A DNA stretch of 62,239 bases, filler included, from a bacterium (GCA_043817485.1; 7 parts of 7 records of this genome joined end to end with filler, not necessarily neighbours in it), one strand, 5' to 3'. Numbered from the whole stretch's first letter, positions 37,726 to 49,312 are shown. Numbers and translations: made by a program. The notes: generated by a model from the letters alone, not told the origin.

Positions 37726-39660
37726 AATAAATTATTCATATATTCTGTTCCTTCTAATTTAGAAAAACAAATTGTTTTTTACAAAAGAGTATTAGTGCCT
37801 TTTGGTCATAGACAATTAAAAGGTTTTATTATAGAAGAAGCTTTTTTTGCAGAAATAGAAAATCTTAAAAAAATAAAAGATATTATTAAAGTATTAGATA
37901 CAGAACCAGTAATTCAAAAAGACCTTTTAGAATTATCCCAATGGATGGCTGATTATTATATTTGTTCTTATGGAGAAGTTCTAAATTCAATAGTTCCAGA
38001 TTTAAACATTAAAAAAAAAGTTAATAACCACCCACAAAGTATTTCAATTTTTAAACCTCCTATTATCCTTACTGAAGAACAAAAAACAGTATTAAATTCT
38101 ATTTATTCATCTATTGAAAAAAATAATTTTGCTTCTTTTCTTCTTCATGGAGTTACAGGATCTGGAAAAACAGAAATTTATGTTCAAGCAATTAAATATT
38201 TAATAGAAAATAAAAAAAAACAAGCTATTGTTTTATTACCAGAAATTTCTTTAACTCCTCAAATAATTCAATATTTTAAAGATTATTTTGGAGAAAAAAT
38301 ATCAGTCTGGCATAGTCATTTATCATCTGGAGAAAAAGCAGATGAATGGAAAAAAATAAAAAATGGAGAAGTAGATATTGTTATTGGAGCAAGATCTGCT
38401 ATTTTTGCTCCATTTTAAAAATTAGGAATAATTGTTGTTGATGAAGAACAAGAAAATTCTTATAAGCAAGATAAAAAACCACGATATAATGCAAGAGATC
38501 TTGCTTTAATGAGAGCTAAAATAACAAATTCCATTGTTATTTTGGGCTCTGCAACACCAAGCATTGAATCATATTATAACGCCATGCAAAAAAAATATAA
38601 GTTATTAGAATTAAAAAATAGAATATTTAATCAATCACCTCCTTCAATAAAAATTATTGATATGAGAAAAGAAAAAGGAGAAATTTTTTCTAAAGAATTA
38701 ATACAAGTTATTAAAACAAAATTAGAATTAAAAGAACAAATAATTCTTTTACTTAATAGAAAAGGCTATTCAACATTTTTTCTTTGCAAAGATTGTGGAA
38801 ATGTTTTACTTTGTAAAAATTGTAATATATCCTTAGTCTACTATCAAAAAAATAAAGTATGTAAATGTCATTATTGTAATTATACAAAATCAGTTCCTGA
38901 AAAATGTCCTAAATGTGAAAGTAAAAATGTAAATTATTTTGGAATGGGAACAGAAAAAATAGAATCTTTGGCAAAAAAATTATTTCCTGAATCAAAAATT
39001 GCAAGATTAGACAAAGATATCATTTCTAAAAAAGGAAATTTAGAAAAAATATTAAATTTATTTCATGAAAATAAAATTGATATTTTAATTGGTACTCAAA
39101 TTGTTGCTAAGGGCTTAAATTTTCCAAATGTAACTTTAGTTGGAATTATTTCTGCAGATACATCTCTTAACCTTCCAGATTTTAGATCTGAAGAAAAAAC
39201 ATTTCAATTACTTACACAAGTAACAGGAAGAACAGGAAGAGGAGAAAAACTTGGAGAAACTTTTATTCAAACTTTTAATCCAGAAATAGAAAGTATTGTT
39301 TTAACTGGAGATTATTATTCTTTTTATCAAAAAGAAATTTTTAGAAGAAAACAACTTTTATATCCTCCTTTTAGAAAAATTATTAAAATAGATATTCAAG
39401 GAATTGATGAAAATAAAATTCAAGAAATAGCAATAAAAATAGGAAAAATTATTATGGCTAATATTAAAGAAAAAACTAATATAAATATTTTAGGGCCAGC
39501 TCCTTCTCCTATTTTTAAAATAAAAAAAAGATTTCGTTATCAAATAATACTTTTAGGAGAAAATAGTCAAAAACTTCATGAAATAGTAATGAAATCTTTG
39601 CCTTATTTTCCTACATCTTACAAAATTGATATTGATGTAGATCCAGTAATGATGCTTTAA
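37726..39660 (+). pseudogene. priA: Primosomal protein N' interrupted by in-frame TAA at 38416-38418 (5'-truncated)
   Basis: GVTGSGKTE, LPEISLTPQ, GARSAIFAPF*KLGIIVVDEEQ..SYKQ, four CxxC pairs, GRTGR; both halves in the same frame. Confidence 0.85.
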
Positions 39661-39732
39661 TTTTTTTTGTAAAATTTTATTGCTAAAAAATTAAAAACAT
39701 GATTTTATTTCACTTTATTAAAAAAAAAATAT

Positions 39733-39805
39733 GCGGCTGTAGCTCAATGGATAGAGTTGTGGACTTCGAATCCAAAGGTTGGAGGTTCGAATCCTCTCAG
39801 CCGCA
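39733..39805 (+). tRNA. tRNA-Arg (TCG)
   Basis: GCGGCTG/CAGCCGC acceptor stem; TGGA-CTTCGAA-TCCA anticodon arm; GGTTCGAATCC T arm. Confidence 0.92.
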
Positions 39806-39930
39806 CCTTTTATAACAAGTCTTTATTTTGAAAATTTTTCAAAAAATATTGACAAAATGTTTTTTAAACAGTATTTTTAACAAAATATTTTTTTATTTTT
39901 AAATAATTATAAAAAAAGAAAGGATTTATT

Positions 39931-40971
39931 ATGTTTTTTAATTATCTTCTATCTTTATTTTCTAATGATATAGCTATTGATTTAGGAACAGCCAATACAT
40001 TAGTTTATGTAAAAGGAAAAGGAATTGTATTAAAAGAACCATCTATTGTTTCTATACAAAAAGGAACACGAAATTTATTAGCTGTTGGAAATGATGCAAA
40101 AGAAATGGTTGGCAGAACACCAGGAAATATAATAGCTGTAAGACCTTTAAAAGATGGTGTTATTTCAGATTTTGCTATTACAGAAGAAATGCTAAGATAT
40201 TTTATTTTGAAAGTTCATAAAAGAAAAGCTTTTGTAAGTCCTCGTGTTATTATAAGTGTACCATCTGGAATTACTGAAGTAGAAAAAAGAGCAGTACATG
40301 ATTCTGCAGAAAGAGCTGGAGCAAGCGATATTTATTTAATTGAAGAACCAATGGCAGCTGCTATAGGAGCTGGATTACCAATAAAAGAACCAACAGGAAG
40401 TATGATTGTAGATATAGGAGGAGGAACTACAGAAGTAGCAGTAATTTCTTTAAGCGGAATAGTTGTTAGTAAGTCCATTAGAATAGCAGGTGATGAAATA
40501 GATGAAGCAATTATTGAATATTTGAAAAAAACATATAATTTACTTATTGGAGAAAGAACTGCTGAAAATATAAAAATAACCATCGGCTCAGCTTATCCAT
40601 TAAAAGAAAAAGAAACAATGGAAGTTAAAGGAAGAAATCTTTCATCTGGACTTCCTCGAATTCTTCAAATTTCAGATGAAGAAATAAGAGAAGCTATAAC
40701 AGAACCTGTATCTCATATAGTAATGGCTGTTAAGGAAACTTTAGAAATAACACCCCCAGAACTTTCTTCAGATATATTAGAAAAAGGAATATGTATTACA
40801 GGAGGTGGTTCTCTACTTAGAGGATTAGATGAATTATTACATCAAGAAACTGAATTACCAGTTTTTATCGCAGAAAATCCTTTATTAACCGTTGTTTTAG
40901 GAACAGGTCAATGTTTAGATAATTTAGATTTATTAAAAAGAATTTCAGTTCAACCTAAACCATATGGATAA
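39931..40971 (+). CDS. mreB: Rod shape-determining protein MreB
   Basis: [42 protein letters not shown]. Confidence 0.98.
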   Translation: MFFNYLLSLFSNDIAIDLGTANTLVYVKGKGIVLKEPSIVSIQKGTRNLLAVGNDAKEMVGRTPGNIIAVRPLKDGVISDFAITEEMLRYFILKVHKRKAFVSPRVIISVPSGITEVEKRAVHDSAERAGASDIYLIEEPMAAAIGAGLPIKEPTGSMIVDIGGGTTEVAVISLSGIVVSKSIRIAGDEIDEAIIEYLKKTYNLLIGERTAENIKITIGSAYPLKEKETMEVKGRNLSSGLPRILQISDEEIREAITEPVSHIVMAVKETLEITPPELSSDILEKGICITGGGSLLRGLDELLHQETELPVFIAENPLLTVVLGTGQCLDNLDLLKRISVQPKPYG

Positions 40972-41064
40972 TAAAAATTGTAAATACTATAAAAAACTAA
41001 AAATAAAAAATTTAGCAATTACAAAAAATTTAACAAAAAATTATTATAAAGTATTTTAAAATAA

Positions 41065-41880
41065 ATGTTTAATGAAAAAAAAAGAATAATTATTGCTATT
41101 GTACTAATTTTAATTTCTTTTTTTTTCATTTTAATAAACATATCTGAAACTCATCAAAAAAAAAATACTTCCTTTAGATTTTTTCAACCTTTTTATTGTT
41201 TTTATAATTTCTTTTTAAATTTAGAAATTTCTTGTCAAGAAATAAAAAATGGAATTTTTGAAACAAAAAAAATTTCAAAAGAAAATGATTTTTTAAAAAA
41301 AGAGATTTTTCTTTTGAAAAGAAAAACTGATAAATTGAAAGAATTAGAAATTGAAAATGCTCGCCTTAATTCTCTTTTTTCTTTTAAAAAAATTCCATCT
41401 TATCAATATACTTTTAGTAAAGTTATTGGAAGAAATCCATCTTTTTTATCCAATATACTTCTTATTGATAAAGGGATAGAATCTAATATTAAAAAAAATA
41501 TGATTGCAATTACAGATAATAATATAGTAGGAAAAATTATAGAAGTATTTTATGGATTTTCAAAACTTCAGCTTATTGTAGACAGTAATTGTAATATTGG
41601 TGCAATGTTGCAAAATAGTAATGTTTGCGGAATTGTTCAAGGGAAAGAAACATTTAGTCAAAATTTATGTATATTAAAATATATTCCTCATCATATAGAA
41701 ATTCAAAAAAATGAATTAGTAATAACTTCTGGATTAGGAAAAGTTTTTCCTAAAGGTCTTTTAATAGGAAAAGTAATAAATGTAAAAAAACAATCTGGAT
41801 TATTTCAAGATATTACAATAGAATCTTTTGTAGATTATAATAAATTAAAGGAAGTAATAATTATAAAAAATGAAAAATAA
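41065..41880 (+). CDS. mreC: Rod shape-determining protein MreC
   Basis: N-terminal TM; LE.EN.RL coiled coil; TSGLG.VFPKGL.IG. Confidence 0.93.
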   Translation: MFNEKKRIIIAIVLILISFFFILINISETHQKKNTSFRFFQPFYCFYNFFLNLEISCQEIKNGIFETKKISKENDFLKKEIFLLKRKTDKLKELEIENARLNSLFSFKKIPSYQYTFSKVIGRNPSFLSNILLIDKGIESNIKKNMIAITDNNIVGKIIEVFYGFSKLQLIVDSNCNIGAMLQNSNVCGIVQGKETFSQNLCILKYIPHHIEIQKNELVITSGLGKVFPKGLLIGKVINVKKQSGLFQDITIESFVDYNKLKEVIIIKNEK

Positions 41881-42370
41881 TTGGTTTTTTATTATTCTTT
41901 TTATGTTTTTATCTATTTTCTTACAATTTAGTCTTTGTTATAAAATAAAATTATTTTTAGGAATTTATCCTGATATTCCCCTTCTTTATATTATTTTATT
42001 GGGATTTTATCTTACGCCTTCTATTTTTAACATAATAATTGCTTTTTTAAGTGGTCTTTTAATAGATTCTTTATCAATAGCATTAATAGGACCATCTGCT
42101 ATATCTTTTATTTTTATTATTATTTTAAATCAAAATTTATCTAAATTTATTTTAAAAAAAACTTATTTTTTTCAAATTGGGCTTTTATTCATTTGTACTT
42201 TTATTGGAAAAAATATAGTTTTTTGGTTATCATTATTAGCAAACAATGTTCCTATCTTTCAAGCATATATTAATGATATTTTACCTACAAGTTTAATTAA
42301 TTCTTTTTTAGGATTAATTCTTATTCCTTTATTTACGTTTTTATTTCAAATAAAAGAAAAATCTTTTTAA
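41870..42370 (+). CDS. mreD: Rod shape-determining protein MreD
   Basis: Hydrophobic; PD..L, F..GL..D; follows mreC. Confidence 0.85.
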   Translation: MKNNWFFIILFMFLSIFLQFSLCYKIKLFLGIYPDIPLLYIILLGFYLTPSIFNIIIAFLSGLLIDSLSIALIGPSAISFIFIIILNQNLSKFILKKTYFFQIGLLFICTFIGKNIVFWLSLLANNVPIFQAYINDILPTSLINSFLGLILIPLFTFLFQIKEKSF

Positions 42371-42440
42371 AAAAAATACCCTACAATAAATTGCAGAGTA
42401 TTTTTTTAAGCAAAATAATAAACTTGTTTATAATGTTTTT

Positions 42441-43406
42441 TTATTTAATTTTTTCCCACCATTTTTTATTCTCAACATACCATTTAACAGTATTTTTTAT
42501 TGCTATATCAAAATTATGTACCGGACTCCAGCCCAATTTTTTAATTTTTTCACAATTAACAGAATATCTTCTATCATGTCCTAAACGATCTGCAACATAT
42601 TGAATAGAATCATTTCCTTTTTTTAATAATTTAAGAATTAAAAATGTTATTTCTATATTCTGTTTTTCATCATTAGCACCAATATTATAAATTTGGCCAA
42701 TTTCTCCTTTATGCATAACTAAATCAATGGCTTGGCAATTATCAATAACATAAAGCCAATCTCTTATATTTTTTCCATCACCATATAAAGGTATTTTTTT
42801 ATTTTGTAATAAATTTGTAATAAATAAAGGAATAAGTTTTTCTGGATATTGATACGGACCAAAATTATTAGAACTTCGAGTAATAATTACAGGCAATTTG
42901 AAAGTATGAAAAAAAGCAAGCACTTGCATATCAGCACCTGCTTTACTTGCAGAATAAGGACTTCTTGGACTTAAATTATCTGTTTCTTTAAAAGATCCTT
43001 TTTCAATACTTCCATAAACTTCATCTGTACTTATTTGAATATATCGGGATATTTTGTATTTTTTTACTGCTTCTAAAAGAATATAAGTTCCTAAAATATC
43101 TGTTAAAATAAATTCTTTGCCACTTTTTATTGATCTATCTACATGAGTTTCAGCAGCAAAATTTACAATTATATCAATTCCATCTTTACAAATTTTATTA
43201 ACTACTCTTGAATTACAAATATCTCCTTTAATAAAAGTAAAGTTTTTATTTTTTTGACAATCTAAAAGATTATCTAAATTCCCAGCATAAGTTAGTTTAT
43301 CTAAAACAATAATTTTATATTGAGGATATTTTTTTAAAATATGACGAGTAAAATTACTACCAATAAATCCCGCACCACCAGTAATAAGTAAAGTTTTTTT
43401 ATCCAT
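42441..43406 (-). CDS. rfbB: dTDP-glucose 4,6-dehydratase
   Basis: TGGAGFIGSNF, DKLTYAG, FAAETHVDRS, STDEVYG, YSASK, DR.GHD.RY; start moved to MDKK. Confidence 0.95.
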   Translation of the reverse strand: MDKKTLLITGGAGFIGSNFTRHILKKYPQYKIIVLDKLTYAGNLDNLLDCQKNKNFTFIKGDICNSRVVNKICKDGIDIIVNFAAETHVDRSIKSGKEFILTDILGTYILLEAVKKYKISRYIQISTDEVYGSIEKGSFKETDNLSPRSPYSASKAGADMQVLAFFHTFKLPVIITRSSNNFGPYQYPEKLIPLFITNLLQNKKIPLYGDGKNIRDWLYVIDNCQAIDLVMHKGEIGQIYNIGANDEKQNIEITFLILKLLKKGNDSIQYVADRLGHDRRYSVNCEKIKKLGWSPVHNFDIAIKNTVKWYVENKKWWEKIK

Positions 43407-43854
43407 CTTTTTTCTCCCATTTATAAGGAATATCATTTTTATGAGGATCTACTCTAAATTCATCAGGATTTTGATAATTATATGGTTCTGTGGGACAATT
43501 TATAAGATACACGGGTTCTGTTCCAATACCTTTCATTCCGTGATAAACATAAGTAGGAATTACAAGAAGAATTGGATTATCTTGTCCCATGAAAAATTCT
43601 TGCACTTCTTGATAAGTAGGAGAATTTTCTCTTGCATCATATAAAACAATTTTAGCCATTCCTTTAACAACAACAAAATGATCAATTTGTTGTTTATGAT
43701 AATGCCAACCCTTTACAACTTCAGGATAAACTACTGATAAATATAACTGACCAAATTTTTTAAAAAACTCATCATCGCATCTGAACATTTCCATCAATTT
43801 TCCTCTTTCATCGGGAATAACTTTCAAATGTTTTACTTTTACTCCTTCAATCAT
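43399..43854 (-). CDS. rfbC: dTDP-4-dehydrorhamnose 3,5-epimerase-like cupin
   Basis: DERG.L.E, VKGWHYH; adjacent to rfbB. Confidence 0.85.
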   Translation of the reverse strand: MIEGVKVKHLKVIPDERGKLMEMFRCDDEFFKKFGQLYLSVVYPEVVKGWHYHKQQIDHFVVVKGMAKIVLYDARENSPTYQEVQEFFMGQDNPILLVIPTYVYHGMKGIGTEPVYLINCPTEPYNYQNPDEFRVDPHKNDIPYKWEKKDG

Positions 43855-43948
43855 AAATATACCTCCAATTAAAATTAAGTTTTAAATAAAAAATTTTGTG
43901 ATTTTTAAAATTATCGCAAATTATTATTTTTAGTAGAATTAATTTTTT

Positions 43949-44437
43949 TTATTTCTTTTCCCATTTTAACAATTCAACAATTTCGCTTAAAGTTTTACCT
44001 TCTTGAATTTCTCTTTTTATTTTATTTTCTCTTTCTAAAATATCCATTGCTCTATTAGCAATTTCTACTACTTTTTGTTGAGGGATTACTATAACACCAT
44101 CATCATCTCCTACTACCCAATCTCCAGAATAAATAGTAATTCCAGAAATTTTAATTGGAATTCCTATTTCTCCAAAACCTTTTGGTTCTCCAGCATTAAG
44201 TTGAATTTTTTTTACAAATGCTGGAAATTTAAGATGTTTAATTTCTAATATATCTCTAATTGCTCCATTAATTACAACACCTGCTATTTTTTTTTGAATA
44301 GCACTATAAGTAGCTAATTCTCCCCATACTGCTGGACCTATACCATTAGCATCAATAATAATTACAGTTCCTGGTTCTGCCATATCTATAGCTTCTACTG
44401 GTTTTGCCCAATCACCAGAATTAGTTCTTACAGTTAA
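43949..44437 (-). CDS. RraA/HMG-aldolase-like domain, probably the C-terminal part of a hexulose-6-P synthase/RraA fusion (5'-truncated)
   Basis: TVRT..GDWAKPVEAID, AVWGELA, GAIRD, AGEPKGFGEI, GDDDGV. Confidence 0.7.
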   Translation of the reverse strand, partial: LTVRTNSGDWAKPVEAIDMAEPGTVIIIDANGIGPAVWGELATYSAIQKKIAGVVINGAIRDILEIKHLKFPAFVKKIQLNAGEPKGFGEIGIPIKISGITIYSGDWVVGDDDGVIVIPQQKVVEIANRAMDILERENKIKREIQEGKTLSEIVELLKWEKK

Positions 44438-44537
44438 NNNNNNNNNNNNNNNNNNNNNNNNNNNNNNNNNNNNNNNNNNNNTTAATTAATTAANNNNNNN
44501 NNNNNNNNNNNNNNNNNNNNNNNNNNNNNNNNNNNNN
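44438..44537. other. Artificial contig linker
   Basis: N run with TTAATTAATTAA. Confidence 0.98.
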
Positions 44538-44762
44538 GCGGAAAGCCAAATCAACCCTGCCACCAGAAACATTTTCTTCTGTGGTAACTTCATTGTCTAT
44601 CGTGAGATTTCTCATATCCCAACCAAGAGATTCAAAAAGCGGCTCAATAAATTCATTGCGAGTTTGTGCCTCGTTATAAGTTTTTATTTTGCCTGTTTCT
44701 GCAATTCTTTGATATTTTTCAACTAATTTTTGTATTTGTGATTTGGCTTCTTGTTTATTCAT
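44538..44762 (-). CDS. N-terminus of a restriction endonuclease(-methylase), type I HsdR_N/type IIG-like (truncated)
   Basis: NEAQTR..FIEPLFESLGWD ... GRVD PD-(D/E)XK-type start. Confidence 0.7.
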
Positions 44763-44797
44763 ATTTTTTCAATAAACTTTTTTTTATAGATATGGTT

Positions 44798-44908
44798 TCA
44801 ACCGAATCCTTTTCAACCGAATCCTTAAGGATTCAGTTGACCACACATATTGCTACCATCTTTCTCTTTCAACCGAACCCTTAAGGATTCGGTTGAGGTT
44901 GAGGTTGA
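44798..44908. repeat. Palindromic repeat cluster TCAACCGAATCCTTAAGGATTCGGTTGA
   Basis: Half-site at 44798; near-full palindromes at 44813-44840 and 44869-44896; trailing GGTTGA x2. Confidence 0.8.
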
Positions 44909-44932
44909 AGTTAAAAAGAATTTTTCTAAATT

Positions 44933-46303
44933 TTAGATTGAAAATTTTTTATAATATGAATTTATATTTTCACCTAATGAATTATTATTGCCTACTAAAT
45001 GTTGAACATTTAAAGGTAGTTTATTATAAACACCTACTTCTGTTACTTTTTTCCAAAAAGCATCTTCTACTACACCATAAAGAATATCAAATAATGGTTT
45101 TCCTCTTTCTTTAAATCCTAATAAAGCAACATCAACCATCAAAGAAACTTGTTCACCTAATTTATTTTCTGTATAAGGAGTAATAGCTCCATATCCTTCT
45201 TGACATTCTGAACAACCAGAATTATGAACAAAAGTATAAGGTTCTAATGGTGTAATTTTTTCTCCAGAAAGAGAAGTTATTTTTAATTCTTTTAAATATT
45301 CTTTTCCTTTTTGATCAACAAAATTAGAAGGTAAATTTTTCAAAGAAGCTTCTTTTACTGCTTTAATAACTGTAATATATAATCCTTCTACTGCCTTTAT
45401 AAAATCTTGTTGCATTTCAGTTAAATTACCACCAACTTTTACTGTTCGTCTAATAATCCCATGATACCCTTTAAAAGTAGGTGAAAGTCCTATCGAAACA
45501 ATATCTCCTTCTTTTAAAAAATTATTAGTTGCTGGACCAATTACTGTATATCCTCTTTTTTGTCCACTAGTAACAATTGTTGGAAAACCAATTCTACCAG
45601 CACCTAATTCTTTCATAATATAATCAGCTACTCCAGCTACTTGTAATTCAGTAACACCAGATTTAACTACTGCTAACGCTCCTCTAAAAGCAGCATCAGC
45701 AATAATATTTGCATAACTCATAATTGAAAGTTCTTTATCACTTTTTTCATATTTAATTAATTGCAACATTTTTGGATCAAAAATTACATTTTCTTTACCG
45801 AATTTTTTTTGAAATATTTCTACTTGAGAAAGAGGAATAAATTCTTGCGAAGAAAAAATTACTACTTTATTTATTTTTTGATCTAATTTTTTTATAATAC
45901 CATCTAATTCAGAAAAATGAGCATGACGATAATCTTCATCAGAAATTTGCAATTCTTTTAATAAAGCAATATCAGCTCCAGATGTTTCTACTGCTTCTTC
46001 TAGAACATGCCCTCCTTCTGAACCAGCCAAAACTATTGGAACACCATTTTGAGGAATAAGAATACCATATCTTTCAATAATAGGATCAAATACTCCAGCA
46101 AGCCAAGCAACATCACTTCTATCTAATTCACTTCCACAAGCATATCCTAAATCATAACCTTTTTGTTTCATTACTTCTTGTACTTTTTTCCATCTTTGTG
46201 AATATTCCTCTTTTTCTATTGAAATATTTAGATCTATTTCAGGGAATGTTTTTTCTATAATTTCTGCTGCAATTAAACTTATTTCTTTAGAATTAAATCC
46301 CAT
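44933..46303 (-). CDS. M24 (creatinase/Xaa-Pro aminopeptidase-like) fold protein
   Basis: EEY..R..KV N-domain; KS..E....; GVTE..VA; GD.V; GY....RT; canonical metal ligands absent; GGAGG favours the ATG at 46303. Confidence 0.7.
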   Translation of the reverse strand: MGFNSKEISLIAAEIIEKTFPEIDLNISIEKEEYSQRWKKVQEVMKQKGYDLGYACGSELDRSDVAWLAGVFDPIIERYGILIPQNGVPIVLAGSEGGHVLEEAVETSGADIALLKELQISDEDYRHAHFSELDGIIKKLDQKINKVVIFSSQEFIPLSQVEIFQKKFGKENVIFDPKMLQLIKYEKSDKELSIMSYANIIADAAFRGALAVVKSGVTELQVAGVADYIMKELGAGRIGFPTIVTSGQKRGYTVIGPATNNFLKEGDIVSIGLSPTFKGYHGIIRRTVKVGGNLTEMQQDFIKAVEGLYITVIKAVKEASLKNLPSNFVDQKGKEYLKELKITSLSGEKITPLEPYTFVHNSGCSECQEGYGAITPYTENKLGEQVSLMVDVALLGFKERGKPLFDILYGVVEDAFWKKVTEVGVYNKLPLNVQHLVGNNNSLGENINSYYKKFSI

Positions 46304-46406
46304 TTTTACCTCCAATATTATTTTTTGTTTATTTTATATTTTGAACAAAATATAAGGTGTAATTTTTATCACTATTACTTTAATTTGTCAATTTTTTTAT
46401 TGATTA

Positions 46407-46892
46407 TTACATAGTTTTTTTTATATAATTCATCAATCCACCTTTTTCAATTATTTTTTGCATAAATAAAGGAAAGGGCTTAATAGCATAAACATCATTT
46501 GTAGTTATATTTTTTACTATCCCTTTTTCTAAATCTACTTCTAATATATCTTGAGATTTTATTTTATCTGCATTTTCACATTCTACAATAGGTAATCCAA
46601 TATTTATAGCATTTCTATAAAATATTCGAGCAAAACTTTGAGCAATTACACAACTTATTCCAGCTGTTTTAATAGATAAAGGAGCATGCTCTCTTGAAGA
46701 TCCACAACCAAAATTTTTATTAGCAACAATAATATCACCTTTTTTAATTTTTTTAATAAAATCCTGATCAATATCTTCCATACAATGTTTTGCTAATTCT
46801 AAAGGATCAGAAGTATTAAGATAACGAGCTGGAATAATTTCATCTGTATTTACATTATCTCCAAATTTAAATACTATTCCCTTGAAAAACAT
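46407..46892 (-). CDS. leuD: 3-isopropylmalate dehydratase small subunit
   Basis: [37 protein letters not shown]. Confidence 0.93.
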   Translation of the reverse strand: MFFKGIVFKFGDNVNTDEIIPARYLNTSDPLELAKHCMEDIDQDFIKKIKKGDIIVANKNFGCGSSREHAPLSIKTAGISCVIAQSFARIFYRNAINIGLPIVECENADKIKSQDILEVDLEKGIVKNITTNDVYAIKPFPLFMQKIIEKGGLMNYIKKTM

Positions 46893-46897
46893 TTTTT

Positions 46898-48427
46898 TTA
46901 ACCCCCTATTTTTTTTAATTCATATGGAATCATTTCCAAAATATTTCTAGCTATTAAACTACATTCACCTTTTTCAAAAGATGCTTTATCTCCGCATTTA
47001 CCATGAATATAAGTTCCAATTATCGCAGAATTTTCTGCACTTATTTTTTGAGCCATTAATCCAGCAATTAACCCAGTCAAAATATCTCCAACACCAGCAC
47101 TTGACATTCCTGGGTTACCAGTTGAATTTATATAAACATTTCCTTGTGGTGTTGCAATAATAGAATGTGCTCCTTTTAAAACAACTATCCCATTTATTTT
47201 TTCAGAAATTTCTAAAGCTACAGAAATTTTATTTTCTTTAATAAATTCAATATCTTTTTTTATCAATCTACTGACTTCTCCTAAATGAGGTGTAATAACT
47301 AAAGGAGTTTTTCTTTTTTTAAAAATACTTAAATCATTTATAGCATTTAAACCATCCGCATCTAATATCATTGGAATGTCTATTTCAAAAATTATTTCTT
47401 GAATTAATTTTGCTGTTTCTGGATTTAAAGATAATCCAGGACCAATACAAAGAATATCTTTATTTTTTATTTTTTCTAAAATTTCTTTTTTTGATTTTAA
47501 ACTTAAAGTTTTTTGATTAGTTTCTGATAATGGATAAATAATTACTTCTGTTAATTTTTTAGCCATTATATTATTTAAACTTTTTGGAATTCCCAAATAT
47601 ACTAATCCAGCACCAGCATATAAACAAGACATACTCGAAAGAAAAGCTGCACCACTCATTCCTTCAGAACCAGCCAATATAAAAACTTTTCCATAATCTC
47701 CTTTATGAGTATCTTTTTTTCTTTGAGGAATAAAAACTTCAGTTATAAATTTTGTTTTTATTTTTTCTTTTTCTATCACCTTTTTAGGAATACTAATATC
47801 TGCTACTATTAATTTACCTACATATTCTGCTCCTGGATAAAGAACAAGCCCAAATTTTGGTAATTGCATAGTTACTGTTAAATTTGCTTTAATACAAAAA
47901 TTGGCTAACCCAGTATCAGCATTTAATCCCGAAGGTATATCAATAGATACTATTGGTATTTTTAAATTATTTATAAACTCAATTACTTCTTTATAAAATC
48001 CTTGAACTTCTCCTTTAATTCCCGTTCCTAAAATAGCATCTATAATTAAATCTGTTTTTTTTATTTTCAAAAGTTGTTTTTTATTTTTAATTATGTTTAT
48101 TTTTATTCCCATTTTTTGACAAATTTTAAAATTTATTTCTGCATCACCTTTTAAACTATCTAAACAATCAAGTAAATAAATAATTATTTTTTTTTCTTGA
48201 TTAAAAAGATGTCGTGCAACAACAAAACCATCACCACCATTATTTCCTTTTCCACAAAAAATAGCAAGAGAAGATGATTTTGGATAAAAATCATTTATTG
48301 CTTTTACTATAGAAATTCCAGCATTTTCCATAAATAAAATTGAAGGAATGCCAAATTCTAATTCAGCCCTTTTATCAATATTAGTCATTTGTTTAGCATT
48401 TACTATATTCAAAAAAAACACCTCCAA
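46898..48427 (-). CDS. nnr: Bifunctional NAD(P)HX epimerase/dehydratase
   Basis: [42 protein letters not shown]. Confidence 0.95.
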   Translation of the reverse strand: MEVFFLNIVNAKQMTNIDKRAELEFGIPSILFMENAGISIVKAINDFYPKSSSLAIFCGKGNNGGDGFVVARHLFNQEKKIIIYLLDCLDSLKGDAEINFKICQKMGIKINIIKNKKQLLKIKKTDLIIDAILGTGIKGEVQGFYKEVIEFINNLKIPIVSIDIPSGLNADTGLANFCIKANLTVTMQLPKFGLVLYPGAEYVGKLIVADISIPKKVIEKEKIKTKFITEVFIPQRKKDTHKGDYGKVFILAGSEGMSGAAFLSSMSCLYAGAGLVYLGIPKSLNNIMAKKLTEVIIYPLSETNQKTLSLKSKKEILEKIKNKDILCIGPGLSLNPETAKLIQEIIFEIDIPMILDADGLNAINDLSIFKKRKTPLVITPHLGEVSRLIKKDIEFIKENKISVALEISEKINGIVVLKGAHSIIATPQGNVYINSTGNPGMSSAGVGDILTGLIAGLMAQKISAENSAIIGTYIHGKCGDKASFEKGECSLIARNILEMIPYELKKIGG

Positions 48428-48565
48428 AAAATATATTAAGCAAAATATTATTAAGCAAATATAATTCTGTCAATATTTTTTCTTATTTTGATAATTTTTT
48501 CTTGACTTTTTATTGTTTTATATTATTATTTTATATTTTCTTAAATTTTCAAAAAAGGAAAATCA

Positions 48566-49312
48566 ATGAATACAAAAACAGTGTTAGCAGTAGGAGCACA
48601 TCCAGATGATATTGAATTTATGATGGCTGGAACACTTGCTTTATTAAAAGAAAAAGGATATGAAATTCATTTATTAACTATAGCAAATGGGTCTTGTGGC
48701 ACTTGTAAATTAAGTAAAGAAAAAATTATCAAAATAAGAAAAAAAGAATCAGAAAATGCAGCAAAAATTTTAGAAGGAATTTATCATCCTGGATTAGTCA
48801 ATGACTTGGAAATTTTTTATGAAAAAAAACTTTTAGCAAAAGTTGGAGCAATTATAAGAGAAATTAAACCAGAAATTGTTTTATCTCCTTCTCCAGAAGA
48901 TTATATGGAAGATCATCAAAATACAAGCAGATTAATAACTACAGCTTTATTTTGCAGAGGAATGAAAAATTTCACTACCTCACCTCCACAAAAACCATAT
49001 ATGGAAGATGTTTATCTTTATCATGCTTTACCCTATGGACTCAAAGATGGATTGAAAAATTTAATAATTGCTGATGAATATGTTGATATAAGTTCTGTAA
49101 TGGAAATTAAAGAAAAAATGTTAAGAGAACATAAAAGTCAAAAAGAATGGTTAGATGCAAGTCAAGGATTAGATTCTTATTTAAAAATAATGAAAGATAT
49201 GTCTAATCAAGTTGCTAAAATGAGTAAAACAAAATGGCAATATGCTGAAGGATGGAGAAAACATTTACATTTGGGCTTTTCTAAAAAAGATGAAAATAAA
49301 TTAAAAATAATA
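48566..49312 (+). CDS. PIG-L/LmbE family deacetylase (3'-truncated)
   Basis: AHPDDIE, DH, H.SQ motifs. Confidence 0.88.

Noticed and set aside
38416-38418. Stop-codon reassignment or programmed readthrough
   Set aside because: TAA ends most genes in the window and no other gene has an internal stop
42370-42440. Missing mrdA/rodA after mreD (and missing clpPX after tig) as gene loss
   Set aside because: The draft is fragmented; operon splitting is common and absence cannot be judged from this window
44813-44896. Mini-CRISPR
   Set aside because: Only two non-identical, fully palindromic repeats with ragged partial copies; no cas genes or leader
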